Origin: Candidatus Aldehydirespiratoraceae bacterium | Lineage (GTDB): Bacteria; Actinomycetota; Acidimicrobiia; Acidimicrobiales; Aldehydirespiratoraceae | Assembly (NCBI GenBank): GCA_047639555.1 | Contig: JBLIOE010000020.1 | Coordinates: 4,100-68,099, forward strand | Direction: 5' to 3' | Length of the DNA: 64,000 nt | Shown: positions 27,931 to 38,300 of the stretch, piece by piece | Layout: every line of letters starts with the position of its first letter | Position numbering within the stretch: the stretch's first letter is position 1 | Made by a program: the position numbers and the translations under genes | Notes under the pieces: model-generated | The model's input: the letters and a program-made list of their open reading frames with translations, nothing else | The model's database searches: none | What the model was told of the DNA's origin: nothing

Positions 27931-27936
27931 ATTATA
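27931..27936 (-). promoter_or_regulatory. candidate -10 hexamer TATAAT giving a leaderless or near-leaderless mod transcript
   Basis: The minus strand reads ...ctctc TATAAT tatctcgc ATG. The hexamer ends 8 nt before the ATG at 27922, no SD is visible, and it lies in an AT-rich palindrome ATAATTAT. Confidence 0.35.
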
Positions 27937-28008
27937 GAGAAAGTCGGGCATCTGCGGGAAATTGGTCTGATCCACCGTCTCTTGACGGCCTCGTCCTAGC
28001 GTTCGCCT

Positions 28009-29103
28009 ATGCCTGTCGACGTCGTCCTCCATCCCGCACAAGACGCGGAGGGGCTCGCCGACGCCTGCGGCGTATCCGGCGTCTCGTATGTCTGCGAACA
28101 AGTCTTCGAATGGACGGACAGCAGATTCTTCGCGACCGCCGCTGAGTGGATGCTCGATCGGCCGATTCGGATCATGCTCATTCTGCTGGTGGCGTGGATC
28201 CTTTCGAAGGTGCTCCAGCGAGTGGTTGGTCGCTTTGTTGCGCAGGTGGCGTCGCCGGCCGATGACCGCTTCCAGGCGCTACGGGAGCGGGGCCCGGGTC
28301 GACTGTTCATTGAGGAGACCGAAAAAAAACGAGCATCGGCCCGGGCCGAAACGATCGGGCTCGTCCTTCGAAGCATCGTCGTCTCGGCGGTGTGGATTGT
28401 CGCCACCATGCTGGTGCTCGGCCAACTCCAGATCGATCTTGCTCCCCTTATCGCCGGCGCCGGCATCGGCGGTATTGCGTTGGGCTTTGGTGCGCAGTCG
28501 ATCGTGAAGGACTTCCTCTCCGGCCTGTTCATGCTCATTGAGGACCAGTACGGCGTGGGCGACATCATCGATGTTGGTGATGCCACCGGCACGGTCGAGA
28601 AGGTGTCGCTGCGGTCTACCGCGATCCGTGATGTGTATGGAACGGTCTGGCATGTCCCGAACGGCGAGATCCAGCGGGTCGGTAACTTCAGCCAGCTGTG
28701 GTCGCGGGCATTGATCGATGTTGAGGTCTCGTACGACACCGACCTCACGCTTGCTCAAGGCGTGATTCAGCGGGTCGCCGACGAGCTCTGGGAGGACCCC
28801 GAGTGGGGCGGCGATGAAGTGATGGAACGTCCAGAGGTGTGGGGCGTGCAAAGTCTCGGCGCCTCTTCGGTCGCTCTTCGCCTTGTCGTGAAGACCGAAC
28901 CGTCACAGCAGTGGGCGGTCGAGCGCGAGCTGCGTCTGCGCCTGAAGACGGCACTCGACCAAGCGGGTATCGAGATTCCATTCCCGCAGCAGACGGTGTG
29001 GTTCCGTCACCAAGGTGATCACCCGATGTCACCGGCACCGGACCCGGCAACGATCGTCACCCACACCCTCGCCGATGCCCACGACGACGAGGCATCGATC
29101 TAA
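28009..29103 (+). CDS. mechanosensitive ion channel (MscS) family protein
   Basis: TM helices followed by ...SGLFMLIEDQYGVGDIIDVGDATGTVEKVSLRSTAIRDVYGTVWHVPNGEI... Confidence 0.85.
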   Translation: MPVDVVLHPAQDAEGLADACGVSGVSYVCEQVFEWTDSRFFATAAEWMLDRPIRIMLILLVAWILSKVLQRVVGRFVAQVASPADDRFQALRERGPGRLFIEETEKKRASARAETIGLVLRSIVVSAVWIVATMLVLGQLQIDLAPLIAGAGIGGIALGFGAQSIVKDFLSGLFMLIEDQYGVGDIIDVGDATGTVEKVSLRSTAIRDVYGTVWHVPNGEIQRVGNFSQLWSRALIDVEVSYDTDLTLAQGVIQRVADELWEDPEWGGDEVMERPEVWGVQSLGASSVALRLVVKTEPSQQWAVERELRLRLKTALDQAGIEIPFPQQTVWFRHQGDHPMSPAPDPATIVTHTLADAHDDEASI

Positions 29104-29138
29104 CGGACGAACGGCCTCCTGCTCTAGCGTCGGCACCT

Positions 29139-30224
29139 ATGAACGACGACGAGAAGGTTCTGTCCGGGGAAGCGTGGGCGGAGTTCTGTGATCAGCTGAA
29201 GGCCGCGGGCGAGTTGGTGCAGACGCGCTCCGAAGACGACCTCGACAAGGCGGAGGGGTATCGCTACCTCACTCGCCTTCTTCGCGGCGGGCTGAGCAGC
29301 TATTTCGAGACGGGCGACTCGAAATTTCCCGTCATTCGACCAATGCCGTACCAGCTGAAGATCGGGTCAGATAACCCCGACTCGAACTACATGACTACTC
29401 CGATTGATGGTCGGCTGAACTATCGCATCACCGGCCATCGCGGCACTGTTCACTATCTGTCCATCAGCGCGTTCGCCGGCAACTATGGGGCGGGTCAGGA
29501 TCGACTGGGTTTGATGGGGTTCATCGACGGTAACGATCTGTTGGTCGACGACGATGGCCAGGTCGAGATCTTTGTTGGTCCTACTCCACACGATCACAAC
29601 TGGGTGTCGACAAGACCCGAACCGGGCAGTCTTGGTATCCGCCAGTTCTTCCTCGACCGCACCACGGAGACCGAGGCCGACCTCCACATCGAGTGCCTCG
29701 ACCATGACGAGTCACCGAAAAATCTCACCCCCGAAGGGCTGGGGAAGCAGCTGGCCGGTGCGTCAATGTTTGTGGCCGGCTGTTCGGAAATTTTCACGGG
29801 ATGGGTCGACGACCTCATGGAGGAGAGCTGCAACGCGTTCACCACGAAGGCGGCGCCAATGGGCGGCGCGTGGGGCGACCCAAATCAGATCTTCCGGCAT
29901 GGTGGGTTTCGGCTCGCAGAAGGCGAGGCGCTGATCATCGAGTTCACTCCGCCCGAGTGCTTCTACTGGAACTTCCAGGTGAACAATCGGTGGATGGAGA
30001 GCCTCGACTATCGCTGGCTTCCGGTCACCATCAACAAGCACACCGTTCGCCTCGAAGACGATGGATCAGTGCAGTTGGTGCTCGCCCATCGCGATCCCGG
30101 CTTCGGCACCTGGATGACTACGCACGGGCATACACACGGCACGATCGGGCTTCGGTGGAATCAGGCCGAGGAAGACGTGGAGCCCACGATTCGGTTGGTC
30201 AACCTCGACGACGCACCATCGTGA
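29139..30224 (+). CDS. conserved hypothetical protein (DUF1214-like), paralogue of 14408..15595
   Basis: WAEFCDQLKAAG, EGYRYLTR, YRITG, YWNFQVNNRWMESL, LVLAHRDPGFGTW, HGTIGLRW. Confidence 0.5.
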   Translation: MNDDEKVLSGEAWAEFCDQLKAAGELVQTRSEDDLDKAEGYRYLTRLLRGGLSSYFETGDSKFPVIRPMPYQLKIGSDNPDSNYMTTPIDGRLNYRITGHRGTVHYLSISAFAGNYGAGQDRLGLMGFIDGNDLLVDDDGQVEIFVGPTPHDHNWVSTRPEPGSLGIRQFFLDRTTETEADLHIECLDHDESPKNLTPEGLGKQLAGASMFVAGCSEIFTGWVDDLMEESCNAFTTKAAPMGGAWGDPNQIFRHGGFRLAEGEALIIEFTPPECFYWNFQVNNRWMESLDYRWLPVTINKHTVRLEDDGSVQLVLAHRDPGFGTWMTTHGHTHGTIGLRWNQAEEDVEPTIRLVNLDDAPS

Positions 30225-30861
30225 TGCCGTCGCCCACGGTGAGCTGGACCACTTCGACGCGCTCATCGGCGGCGATGAAGTCATTGAGCTTCCGTAGCGC
30301 GATCGTGTCGTCGTCTTCGGCGCCGGAGTCGGGCAACACCGCGCCGCTCCACAGCGTGTTGTCGATCAGAATCACGCCCCGGGGTGAGAGCCGAGCGAGG
30401 ATCTCCTCGTAGTAGCCCTGGTAGCCGCCCTTGTCCGCGTCGATGAAGGCAAAGTCGATCGTGGGTTCGGCCGGGAGGGCCTGCAGCGTTTCGAGCGCAG
30501 GCGCCAGCTGCAGGTCGATCTGGTCGGCAACGCCGGCTGCCTCCCAATGGGGGCGGCCGATCGAGGTCCACTCGTCGCTGATGTCGCAACAGAGCAATCG
30601 CCCACCGGGGGCAAGGCCGCGCGCAATACACAAGGCCGAGTAGCCGGTGAACGTGCCGACCTCGACGGCGAACTTCGGCTGCATCGTGGCGGCCAAGATC
30701 GACATGAAGGCGCCCTGGTCCTGGCCGATCTGCATGATTGACATCACGCCGACCTTCTCGCTGGTGTCTTCAATCAGAGCTCGCTGGATGGCATCGGGAC
30801 GGGTGCTGTGGGCGACGACATAGTCGGCGACCTCGGGCGTGGCGATGGAAACGCGGCTCAT
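30199..30861 (-). CDS. class I SAM-dependent O-methyltransferase (caffeoyl-CoA OMT-like, family 3)
   Basis: VEVGTFTGYSALCIARGL, FAFIDADKGGY, LIDNTLWSG. Confidence 0.85.
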   Translation of the reverse strand: MSRVSIATPEVADYVVAHSTRPDAIQRALIEDTSEKVGVMSIMQIGQDQGAFMSILAATMQPKFAVEVGTFTGYSALCIARGLAPGGRLLCCDISDEWTSIGRPHWEAAGVADQIDLQLAPALETLQALPAEPTIDFAFIDADKGGYQGYYEEILARLSPRGVILIDNTLWSGAVLPDSGAEDDDTIALRKLNDFIAADERVEVVQLTVGDGITMVRRRG

Positions 30862-31559
30862 GATGCTCGTGGAGTAGGGACAGGCGGATCGGGATAGTTC
30901 ATCGAGGCGGCGACATCGTCATCAGACATCGCCGCCAGGATCGCGAGTACCTCTTCGGGATACCCCATCGCGGGCTTGGTGGTGTCGAGCGGGGGCTGGG
31001 CCATCGATCCCGGTTCGCCATTCGGATCGGCGGGTGGATTGCGATACGCGGCGAGCTCAGCGGTGCTGATCCCGGCCAGCGCGACGACCTCCGGGTCGAT
31101 CCAATTGTCGGCCGGAATGGCGGTGGCCGATGTCGCGACCTCAAGGGTCAATCCTTCCGGGCCGCCGAAGTAGATCGAGTGGCACATGCCGTGATCGACC
31201 GGACCGAGCACGGTGACCCCATGGTCGCGAATGCGGTCACGCAATCGGAGCAGTTGGTCGAGATCGTCGGCGTTGAACGCGACGTGTTGCATTGTGCCCG
31301 GAGCCGAGGGGTCGGCCGGTGTGCCGGAGTGGGTGACACCTGGGATCGCCTCGATCTCGCCATTGGCGGCCATCTCCACGAACGCGACCGAACACGACGG
31401 GTTGAGTTCGACGAACGCATGCCAGGCCTCGACGCCATGCATCCAATACAACGCGACCAGCTTTGCGCCAAGTACCTGGGTGAAGAACTCGATCTGGGTC
31501 TTCACACTGGCGGTGGAGATGGCGAGGTGGTGAACGCCGGTGGGTTGCGTGACGGTCAT
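30858..31559 (-). CDS. VOC (glyoxalase/bleomycin-resistance/dioxygenase) family protein
   Basis: GVHHLAISTASVKTQIEFFTQVLG...HVAFNADD...HGMCHSIYFGGPEGLTLEV. The start is ATG 31559 (the longest ORF reaches 31583). Confidence 0.75.
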   Translation of the reverse strand: MTVTQPTGVHHLAISTASVKTQIEFFTQVLGAKLVALYWMHGVEAWHAFVELNPSCSVAFVEMAANGEIEAIPGVTHSGTPADPSAPGTMQHVAFNADDLDQLLRLRDRIRDHGVTVLGPVDHGMCHSIYFGGPEGLTLEVATSATAIPADNWIDPEVVALAGISTAELAAYRNPPADPNGEPGSMAQPPLDTTKPAMGYPEEVLAILAAMSDDDVAASMNYPDPPVPTPRAS

Positions 31560-31560
31560 G

Positions 31561-32403
31561 TCAGTTGGCTTTCTGGTTGGCAAGCTCGACGAGTTGGCGA
31601 CGGCACCACTCGGCGACGATGGGGGAGTACTCCCGCGTGTGAAACATCATCAGCTGATGCACTCCTCCCGGATGTTCGTACACCTCCACCGGCCCGCCAA
31701 CAAGTGCCGCGACGGCACGCACAATGGCCGGTGCAGCAATTGGGTCGTTCTCGCCGACGGTGAAGAGAATCGGGCTCGTGTTGTCGGCGGGAGCCACGAC
31801 CGGGTCGTAGGTGTAAAGCGTGGCGTACGAGGCGAGGTCGAAGTACCAACTATTGAGCGGGTCGGTTTCCTTCTGCTCGAGTGCTCCCTTGTAGCCGTAG
31901 TCCTCGTCGAGATCGAGGAAACGACGGATGTCGAAGCGGGCGGTCTCGCCGACTTCGGCCAGGATCCGCTGGCCATCGGGGGTGCGCCACGGCGACTGCA
32001 GGGCCGCATCGGTGCCGGGGACGGCGTAACCCATCAGGATCGCGCCGGCGACGTGCTCCGACGTTCCCACGAGGCCATACGCCGGCATCACGCCCAGACT
32101 GGATCCCTTGGCAAACACCGGGAGACCGGTGAGGTCGTGGATATGGGCGGCCACTTTCGCGCCGGCCTCGACCCATTCATCGACGGTCCATTTGCCTTGA
32201 CGGGTGGCCATGGCCGATCGTCCGTGACCGGGCAGATCGACGGACCACACATCAACGCCGCGGGCGGCGTGATGCCCGCAGAACTCGTCGTAGATACCGC
32301 CGTGTCCACCCATGCCGTGAATGACAAGCAACGCGTGATCGGGGTTGGGGCCTTCGAATCGGTAGGTAAACGTGCCCTCGATAATGTGTTCGGTTCTTTG
32401 CAC
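31561..32403 (-). CDS. alpha/beta hydrolase (lysophospholipase/monoacylglycerol-lipase-like)
   Basis: LLVIHGMGGHGG, nucleophile elbow G-S-S-L-G, C-terminal GGVHQL. Confidence 0.75.
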   Translation of the reverse strand: MQRTEHIIEGTFTYRFEGPNPDHALLVIHGMGGHGGIYDEFCGHHAARGVDVWSVDLPGHGRSAMATRQGKWTVDEWVEAGAKVAAHIHDLTGLPVFAKGSSLGVMPAYGLVGTSEHVAGAILMGYAVPGTDAALQSPWRTPDGQRILAEVGETARFDIRRFLDLDEDYGYKGALEQKETDPLNSWYFDLASYATLYTYDPVVAPADNTSPILFTVGENDPIAAPAIVRAVAALVGGPVEVYEHPGGVHQLMMFHTREYSPIVAEWCRRQLVELANQKAN

Positions 32404-32471
32404 GGAGACCTCTCGTGGCTGGCTGTCCCCACCGTAGGGGCAGCCAGCCAGAGAGAGGAATACGTTGTTCG

Positions 32472-34094
32472 CTAGATGTTGGCGATGAAGGTGGCCAACG
32501 CCTCATCGGCCGCTTCGAGGTCGCGCTGCTGTGGCGCCTGCACCTCGACTCGCACGAGATAGCCGGCATTCAGCGGAGCTGCAGCAAGGATGATGTAGTA
32601 CGTGTCGGTGCCACCGCAGTTGCCGTAGATCTGCAGTGTTCCCGCATACAGCGGGTCTTCGTAGGGCTCGGAGCCGAGGTCGTCACAAACCCCCGAGAAG
32701 TCCCGCTCAAGCAGGAGCGCACCGATATCCGCCGCAGTCCGACCTGGGGCTGATTCAACGATGATGCCGGGTACCGACCAGCTGTCTTGCCAACCCGCGA
32801 TGTCAGGTGAGGCCCAGATGCTTGGTCCGAAGTTTGGGTTCGGTGTGCCGTCTACTTCGGTCCAGGCTGTCGGGATCGAGACCGAGATCAGGCCCTGGTC
32901 GTCGGTGACTTCGGTATAGGAATACGGCGCACCGACGGGAGCGCTGGTGCCGGAGTCGGCGGGTCCATCAGTGTCGCCGCCCAACACGGTGGCCGCGATG
33001 AGCGGCAGTTCGATCGGATCACCGTTGATCTGGCCGCTCAGCACGAGGTCGAGCGACGGACGGTAAATCTCGACGTCCATGGTCGAGTCGTCACCCTGGG
33101 TGCGGAGCACGTCGCAATAGTCCGACATGGTGCCGTCGGTCGCGACGACGAGGTTCTCCAGAGAGATCAACACGTCGCCAGGCTCGATGCCCGCGCTGTC
33201 GGCCGGTGAGCCGCTTTCCACGCTGGAAATGAAGATGCCCGAGAGGCCGCTGTCGAACTGTTGTGCTTCGCCGTTGATGCCGATGGAGTCAACGTTGTTG
33301 CCAGCCATGAGTTGCTCGATGACCGGCCGAGCGTCCTGCGCACCAATCGCGTAGTTGGTGTTGAAATCGTCGCTACCGGCGTAGTTGATGCCGATGACTT
33401 CGCCGTTCTCGTCGACGAGCGGTCCGCCCGAGTTTCCGCCGAGAATCTGCGCGTCGTGTTGGAGCACGCCGTCAACGCTGGCCCAGCTCGATTCGCCGCC
33501 GGCATTGGTGGAGCCGACGATGCCGCTCGTGAGGGTGAAGTCGAGGTTGTCGAAGTCGATCTCGTCGGCCGCGGGGAAGCCGGCGGAGAACACATCGAGC
33601 CCGACCGTGATTGGGTCCTTTCGGAAGGACAGTGGCGTGTAGCCGTCGCCTTCGAGGTCGACGATCGCGAGATCGCTGCACTCGCTGACCGCCACGATGC
33701 GGGCGTTGAGTGACTCGCCATCGGAGAAGCTCACGTCGAGGGTGGCCGCGCCTTGCACCACGTGGTTGTTCGTGACCGCGAGGCCGTCTTCGGAGATCAC
33801 GAATCCGGTGCCGGTGAAGCCCGCGTTGTATGCGGCGGCACCGCCTGAGTCAATGAACGTTCCCTGGCCTTGGATCTGCACTACCGATTGTTCCACCTGC
33901 GAGATGTTGAATACCGCAGGTGCCTCGGTCGCGGTTGTGGTGGTCGTTTCTTCGGTGGTTCCTGCTGCGGTCGTGGTCGGGGCGGTTTCTCCGCCTGGCT
34001 CGCCACCGCCGCTGCATGCGGCACTGAAAATTGCCAGCGCGAGGAACATGATCGATATACGTCGCATGAATAGCTCCCTTTTTGTTTCGGCCAT
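32472..34094 (-). CDS. secreted trypsin-like serine protease with PDZ domain (HtrA/S1C-like) lipoprotein and extra C-terminal domain
   Basis: Lipobox FSAAC, Thr-rich linker, VTNNHVV (His), GNSGGPLVD (Ser), PDZ-like GSPADSAGIEPGDVLISL, and ~170 additional C-terminal residues. An alternative start is 34067. Confidence 0.8.
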   Translation of the reverse strand: MAETKRELFMRRISIMFLALAIFSAACSGGGEPGGETAPTTTAAGTTEETTTTTATEAPAVFNISQVEQSVVQIQGQGTFIDSGGAAAYNAGFTGTGFVISEDGLAVTNNHVVQGAATLDVSFSDGESLNARIVAVSECSDLAIVDLEGDGYTPLSFRKDPITVGLDVFSAGFPAADEIDFDNLDFTLTSGIVGSTNAGGESSWASVDGVLQHDAQILGGNSGGPLVDENGEVIGINYAGSDDFNTNYAIGAQDARPVIEQLMAGNNVDSIGINGEAQQFDSGLSGIFISSVESGSPADSAGIEPGDVLISLENLVVATDGTMSDYCDVLRTQGDDSTMDVEIYRPSLDLVLSGQINGDPIELPLIAATVLGGDTDGPADSGTSAPVGAPYSYTEVTDDQGLISVSIPTAWTEVDGTPNPNFGPSIWASPDIAGWQDSWSVPGIIVESAPGRTAADIGALLLERDFSGVCDDLGSEPYEDPLYAGTLQIYGNCGGTDTYYIILAAAPLNAGYLVRVEVQAPQQRDLEAADEALATFIANI

Positions 34095-34123
34095 ACATAC
34101 ATGACGAAACGAGTTGGAGAGTG

Positions 34124-35371
34124 TTACACCCCCGAAAGAAGTTCTCTGTTGAGACTCTCCGTGGTCGCCTCACCACACAACGCCATCGTTCGACGCATTC
34201 CGGACCACAAGAAGTCCAAGAGCCAGTCGACGCCCGGTTCGCCGGCCGCGCCGAGGGCGTAGAGATACGGTCGGCCGAGCATCACCGCGTCGGCGCCAAG
34301 GGCGACGGCTTTCACGATGTCGCTGCCACGACGAACGCCGCCGTCCGCGATGATCTCGATGTCATCGCCGACCGCATCGCGGCAGGGGGCGACGAGATCG
34401 ATCGGCGCAGGCGAGTCGTCGAGTTGACGCCCACCATGATTCGAAAGACAGGCGGCATCGACGCCATGATCGCGGGCGAGTTCGGTGTCGGCGACGGACT
34501 GGATGCCCTTCAGCACAATCTTCCCGTCCCAGATCGACCGGAGCCATTCGATTTCCTTCCAGGACAGAGAGGGGTCGAATTGAGAGTTCATATGGGCGGC
34601 AAGATCTACGGCACTCGATCCGTCAGGGATCGCGCTGGCTGCGGTGCTGGTGGCCACGTTCGCGAAGACGATCGGTTCGTTGCGAAGGAAGTTCCATGTC
34701 CAGCTTGGACGGCGAGCACCATCAACGAGCGTGCCTACGCCGAGCTTGGGTGGAAGCTCCATGCCGCGACGAACGTCGCGTTCTCGGCGCCCGAGGTTCG
34801 CAGTATCGACCGTGAGAAGTAGAGCCTCGTAGTTCGCGGCGGCCGCCCGTTCGATCATGTCGCGCACCAAACCTCGGTCGCGCCACACGTAGACCTGGAA
34901 CCAGAGGCGACGGTTGCCCTCGCCGCCCCACGGGACTTCGTCGCTTGCTGCCGCCATCTCCTCTATAGAGCGGGTGCCCATTGTCGAAAGGGCGTAGGGG
35001 ATCCCGGCTCGCGCGCAAGCGCGGGCGACGGCCAACTCACCCTGTGGGTGGGCGATTCGGGTAAATCCCGTCGGGGCCAGGACGGCCGGGAACGGGGTGG
35101 ATCGGCCGAGGAGTCGACCGGAGGTGTCGATATCGCTGACATCACGAAGGACACGCGGGATCATGCCGAGCCGGGCGTAGCCGTCGACGTTGTTGGCCAG
35201 CGCTCGTTCGTCTTCTGCGCCTCCATCGATGTAGTCGAAGACGCCGGCCGGAAGCCGACGCTTCGCGTGCCGGCGAAGATCGTCGACGTTGGCAGTAGTC
35301 AGTAGCCGGCGCCTGTTGCCGTTGGGTTCGAAGCGCCGGAATTGGAGGACCGAACGCAGCGACTCCAACAT
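34124..35371 (-). CDS. FMN-dependent alpha-hydroxy-acid oxidase/dehydrogenase (LldD/glycolate-oxidase family)
   Basis: FDYIDGGAEDE, WFQVYVWRDR, LLLTVDT, SNHGGRQLD, DGGVRRGSDIVKAVALGA. The start overlaps the stop of the upstream ABC gene (ATGA). Confidence 0.85.
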   Translation of the reverse strand: MLESLRSVLQFRRFEPNGNRRRLLTTANVDDLRRHAKRRLPAGVFDYIDGGAEDERALANNVDGYARLGMIPRVLRDVSDIDTSGRLLGRSTPFPAVLAPTGFTRIAHPQGELAVARACARAGIPYALSTMGTRSIEEMAAASDEVPWGGEGNRRLWFQVYVWRDRGLVRDMIERAAAANYEALLLTVDTANLGRRERDVRRGMELPPKLGVGTLVDGARRPSWTWNFLRNEPIVFANVATSTAASAIPDGSSAVDLAAHMNSQFDPSLSWKEIEWLRSIWDGKIVLKGIQSVADTELARDHGVDAACLSNHGGRQLDDSPAPIDLVAPCRDAVGDDIEIIADGGVRRGSDIVKAVALGADAVMLGRPYLYALGAAGEPGVDWLLDFLWSGMRRTMALCGEATTESLNRELLSGV

Positions 35372-38300
35372 CAGCTGTCGCTGCGGTCGATCGCCCGTTC
35401 GTCGGTGCCGAGGTAGGAGGCGATCACGGCGGGGTCGCTGCGGACAGCCTCTGGATCGCCTTCGGCGATCACGGTTCCCGCCTCGAGACAGTAGACCCGG
35501 TCGCTGATGCTCATGATGAGCGGCATGTCGTGTTCGATGATGAGCATCGACGCACCGATCTCGCGGCGAATCTCCATGATGAGTGGACCGAACGCTTCGG
35601 CCTCGCGCTGGGCGACACCGGCCGTGGGCTCATCAAGGCACAGCACGTCGGCGTCAACGGCGAGAAGGCCGCTGAGTTCAACGATGCGACGGGTGCCGGT
35701 GGAGAGATCGGAGACAAACGAATCGGCATAGCGGCCAAGGCCGAGGAAGTCGATGAGTTCGTCGGCCTCGCTGCGCATCCGACGCTCCGACGCCATGTCG
35801 AGGAACAACGCACTCTTCGCGAACGAGGAGGGGTGGCGGGCTTCAAGTGCCACCTGGACACACTCACGAACGGTCAGCTCGGGGAACAGCGTGGCGGCCT
35901 GGAAGGTACGGCCGAGGCCGAGTGATGCTCGCTTCGGCGAGCTCAGTCCTTCCACATTCTTGCCCAGGAGCACGACCTTGCCGACGGAAGGCACGTAGCC
36001 GCCGATGGCATTCATGATGGTGGACTTGCCTGCGCCGTTGGTGCCGATCAGGCCGACGATCTCGTCCTTGCCGATTTCGATACTGACATCGTTGACCGCG
36101 ACGTTGCCGCCGAATCGGACGGTGATGTTGCGGGTCGACAATGCGACCTCGCGGCCCGAGTCGGAGACCGGGAGTGTGGGGTACACCTTGGGTGGACGGG
36201 GCGCCGCGGCGATCATGTCTCGCTGGAACCAGCGACCGACCATCAGCGGCCAGACGAAGGGCACAACCGGCTCGACGAGGAGGTACAGCGAGTATCCGAC
36301 CTTGGTGCCGGGCGCACCGATATGGGCCGCCGACTTCTGCGAAATCTTCACCAGTAAGGCCAGCGAGACCAGGCCCGAGATGAATGACGCCACCATGTAG
36401 AGGCCGAACCAACCGTTGTCGCCGTTGCCGGCGAGATGGTCGACTGCGGCGAGGGCAATAGTGGCCAGGCTGGCCACCTTCAGAACCAACACGATGCCGC
36501 TCAGTGCGGACTCCCACATCGGCGGAGTCTCCGAGGCGGTCTTGGTCGTTCCGTCGTCTCGTTTCAGAGCCTGCGGAGTTGCGGTGGTGCTCGTTGTCTC
36601 CACGAGGCCGTAGCGCCGCTCGGCTCGTACCACCGCCGCGTCGCGGACCTTGTAGGCGATCTGGACGAAGCCGCCGGGGAAGTACATCAACATCACGAGG
36701 AAACCCACGCTCGAGGTGACGAGGCTGATGAGGGCGTTGTCGGGGAAGAAGGTGGGAAGACCGCGCACCCAGAAGGCACCCAAGACCGGACCGATCACGG
36801 AGCCGAGGCCACCGATCACGACCATGTTGACGACCTGGAGTGAATCGCCGATTTGGAAGTGCGCTTCGGTGAAACGAATGTTGCGGGCGGCGTTGGCAAA
36901 CACCGCGCCGCCCAGGCCCGCGATGCCGCCGGCGACCGCAAACGCCGTGAGCTTCATGCGTACGGGCGAGACGGTGTACGCCGACGCAGTGTCGGTGTTG
37001 TCTCGCACTGCGATGATCGATCGACCAATGCCGGACCGTCGAAGGCGTCCGATCACGAGGATGCAAAGAATCAGGCAACCAAGGGCGAAGTAGAAGTACG
37101 TCCGTTGGTCCTTGAGATCCCAGGTGTAGAACCAGCCACGTTCGAACTTGACTGAACTGTCGCCGTTGCTGAAGAACGGTCGGTGGTAGATGTATTTCTC
37201 TGCCGCGATCGCGAACGCAAACGTGGAGATCGCGAGCAAGATTCCTCGCACACGGAGCGCGCCGATACCCGTGATGGCGGCGATGCCAGCGGTGGTGAAC
37301 ACCGCGATCACCATTGAGGGCACCGCGGGGATGCCGCTCCACTGCACATCGATAAGTCGAGTCTCGGCATAGCCGATGTCGAACTCGACGCCTCGGTTGA
37401 GCGCGGCGGCGGTGAGCGCGCCAATGCCGGCGTAGGACATCTGGGCAAGCGACACCTGGCCGGACCAGCCGGTGATGACGGTGAGCGAAGCGGTGACCAT
37501 CGCGAACGCGGCGATCGTGCTGTAGAGGAAGAACTTCGAGGGCACGATTCTCGTGGGTACCTCGTTCCAGAACCAGATGTATTGGTCAGCGAAGCTGAAG
37601 AGGCTCTCGTGATGCCATGAGATCATCACGATGACAAACAACAGCGTGCCGATCGCCAGGCGAGGCATGTGGCGGATCCACCAGATCTGACGGACGTGGG
37701 CCGGAAGGGGCTTCACCTTCGGCGCAAAGTTCAGTGGCCCTTCGTCGTTGTTGTTCCGGCTCTGCCAGTACATCGCGATGATGACGGCGATGAAGACGAG
37801 CAGGGTTGACAAGCCGGGGTCACGGTTGAAGTTGAAGGTGAAGAGGTTGTCGGCGAGCGCAATAACAACGCCGCCCAGCATCGCCCTCGGGAATGAGCGC
37901 ATTCCCGCGATGACTGCGGCGGCGAGGGCATTGGTCAGCGTGAACGGGCCGAGGTTGTCGATGCCCGACGGGCTGTTGCCACTGCTTAACAGGATCATCG
38001 AGAGCGTGGCGAGGAAGCCGGCGATTGTCCAGACGACCGACGAAACAACGTGGGGATTGATGCCGGAGAGTCGGCTGAGCTGGGGGTTGTCGGCCGACGC
38101 GGTAATCGACTTGCCGAACGTGGTGCGGCTCATCAGGAGGCCGAGAAGAACGGCCAGGATCGGAACGAGAATCAGCTTCTGGATCTCGGGTCCCTTGATG
38201 AGGATGCCCTCATCGGCGCCGATACCAATGGAAGGGAAGCCCTCGAACACGCCGCCCACGCCTTCCCAACTTCGACCAATCGCGGCCGGATACTTCACCT

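Noticed and set aside
35864-37342. 492-aa minus-strand ORF in an alternative frame of the LivHMG fusion gene
   Set aside because: It is extremely Arg/Pro/Gly-rich, whereas the overlapping frame encodes coherent TM helices and ABC motifs.
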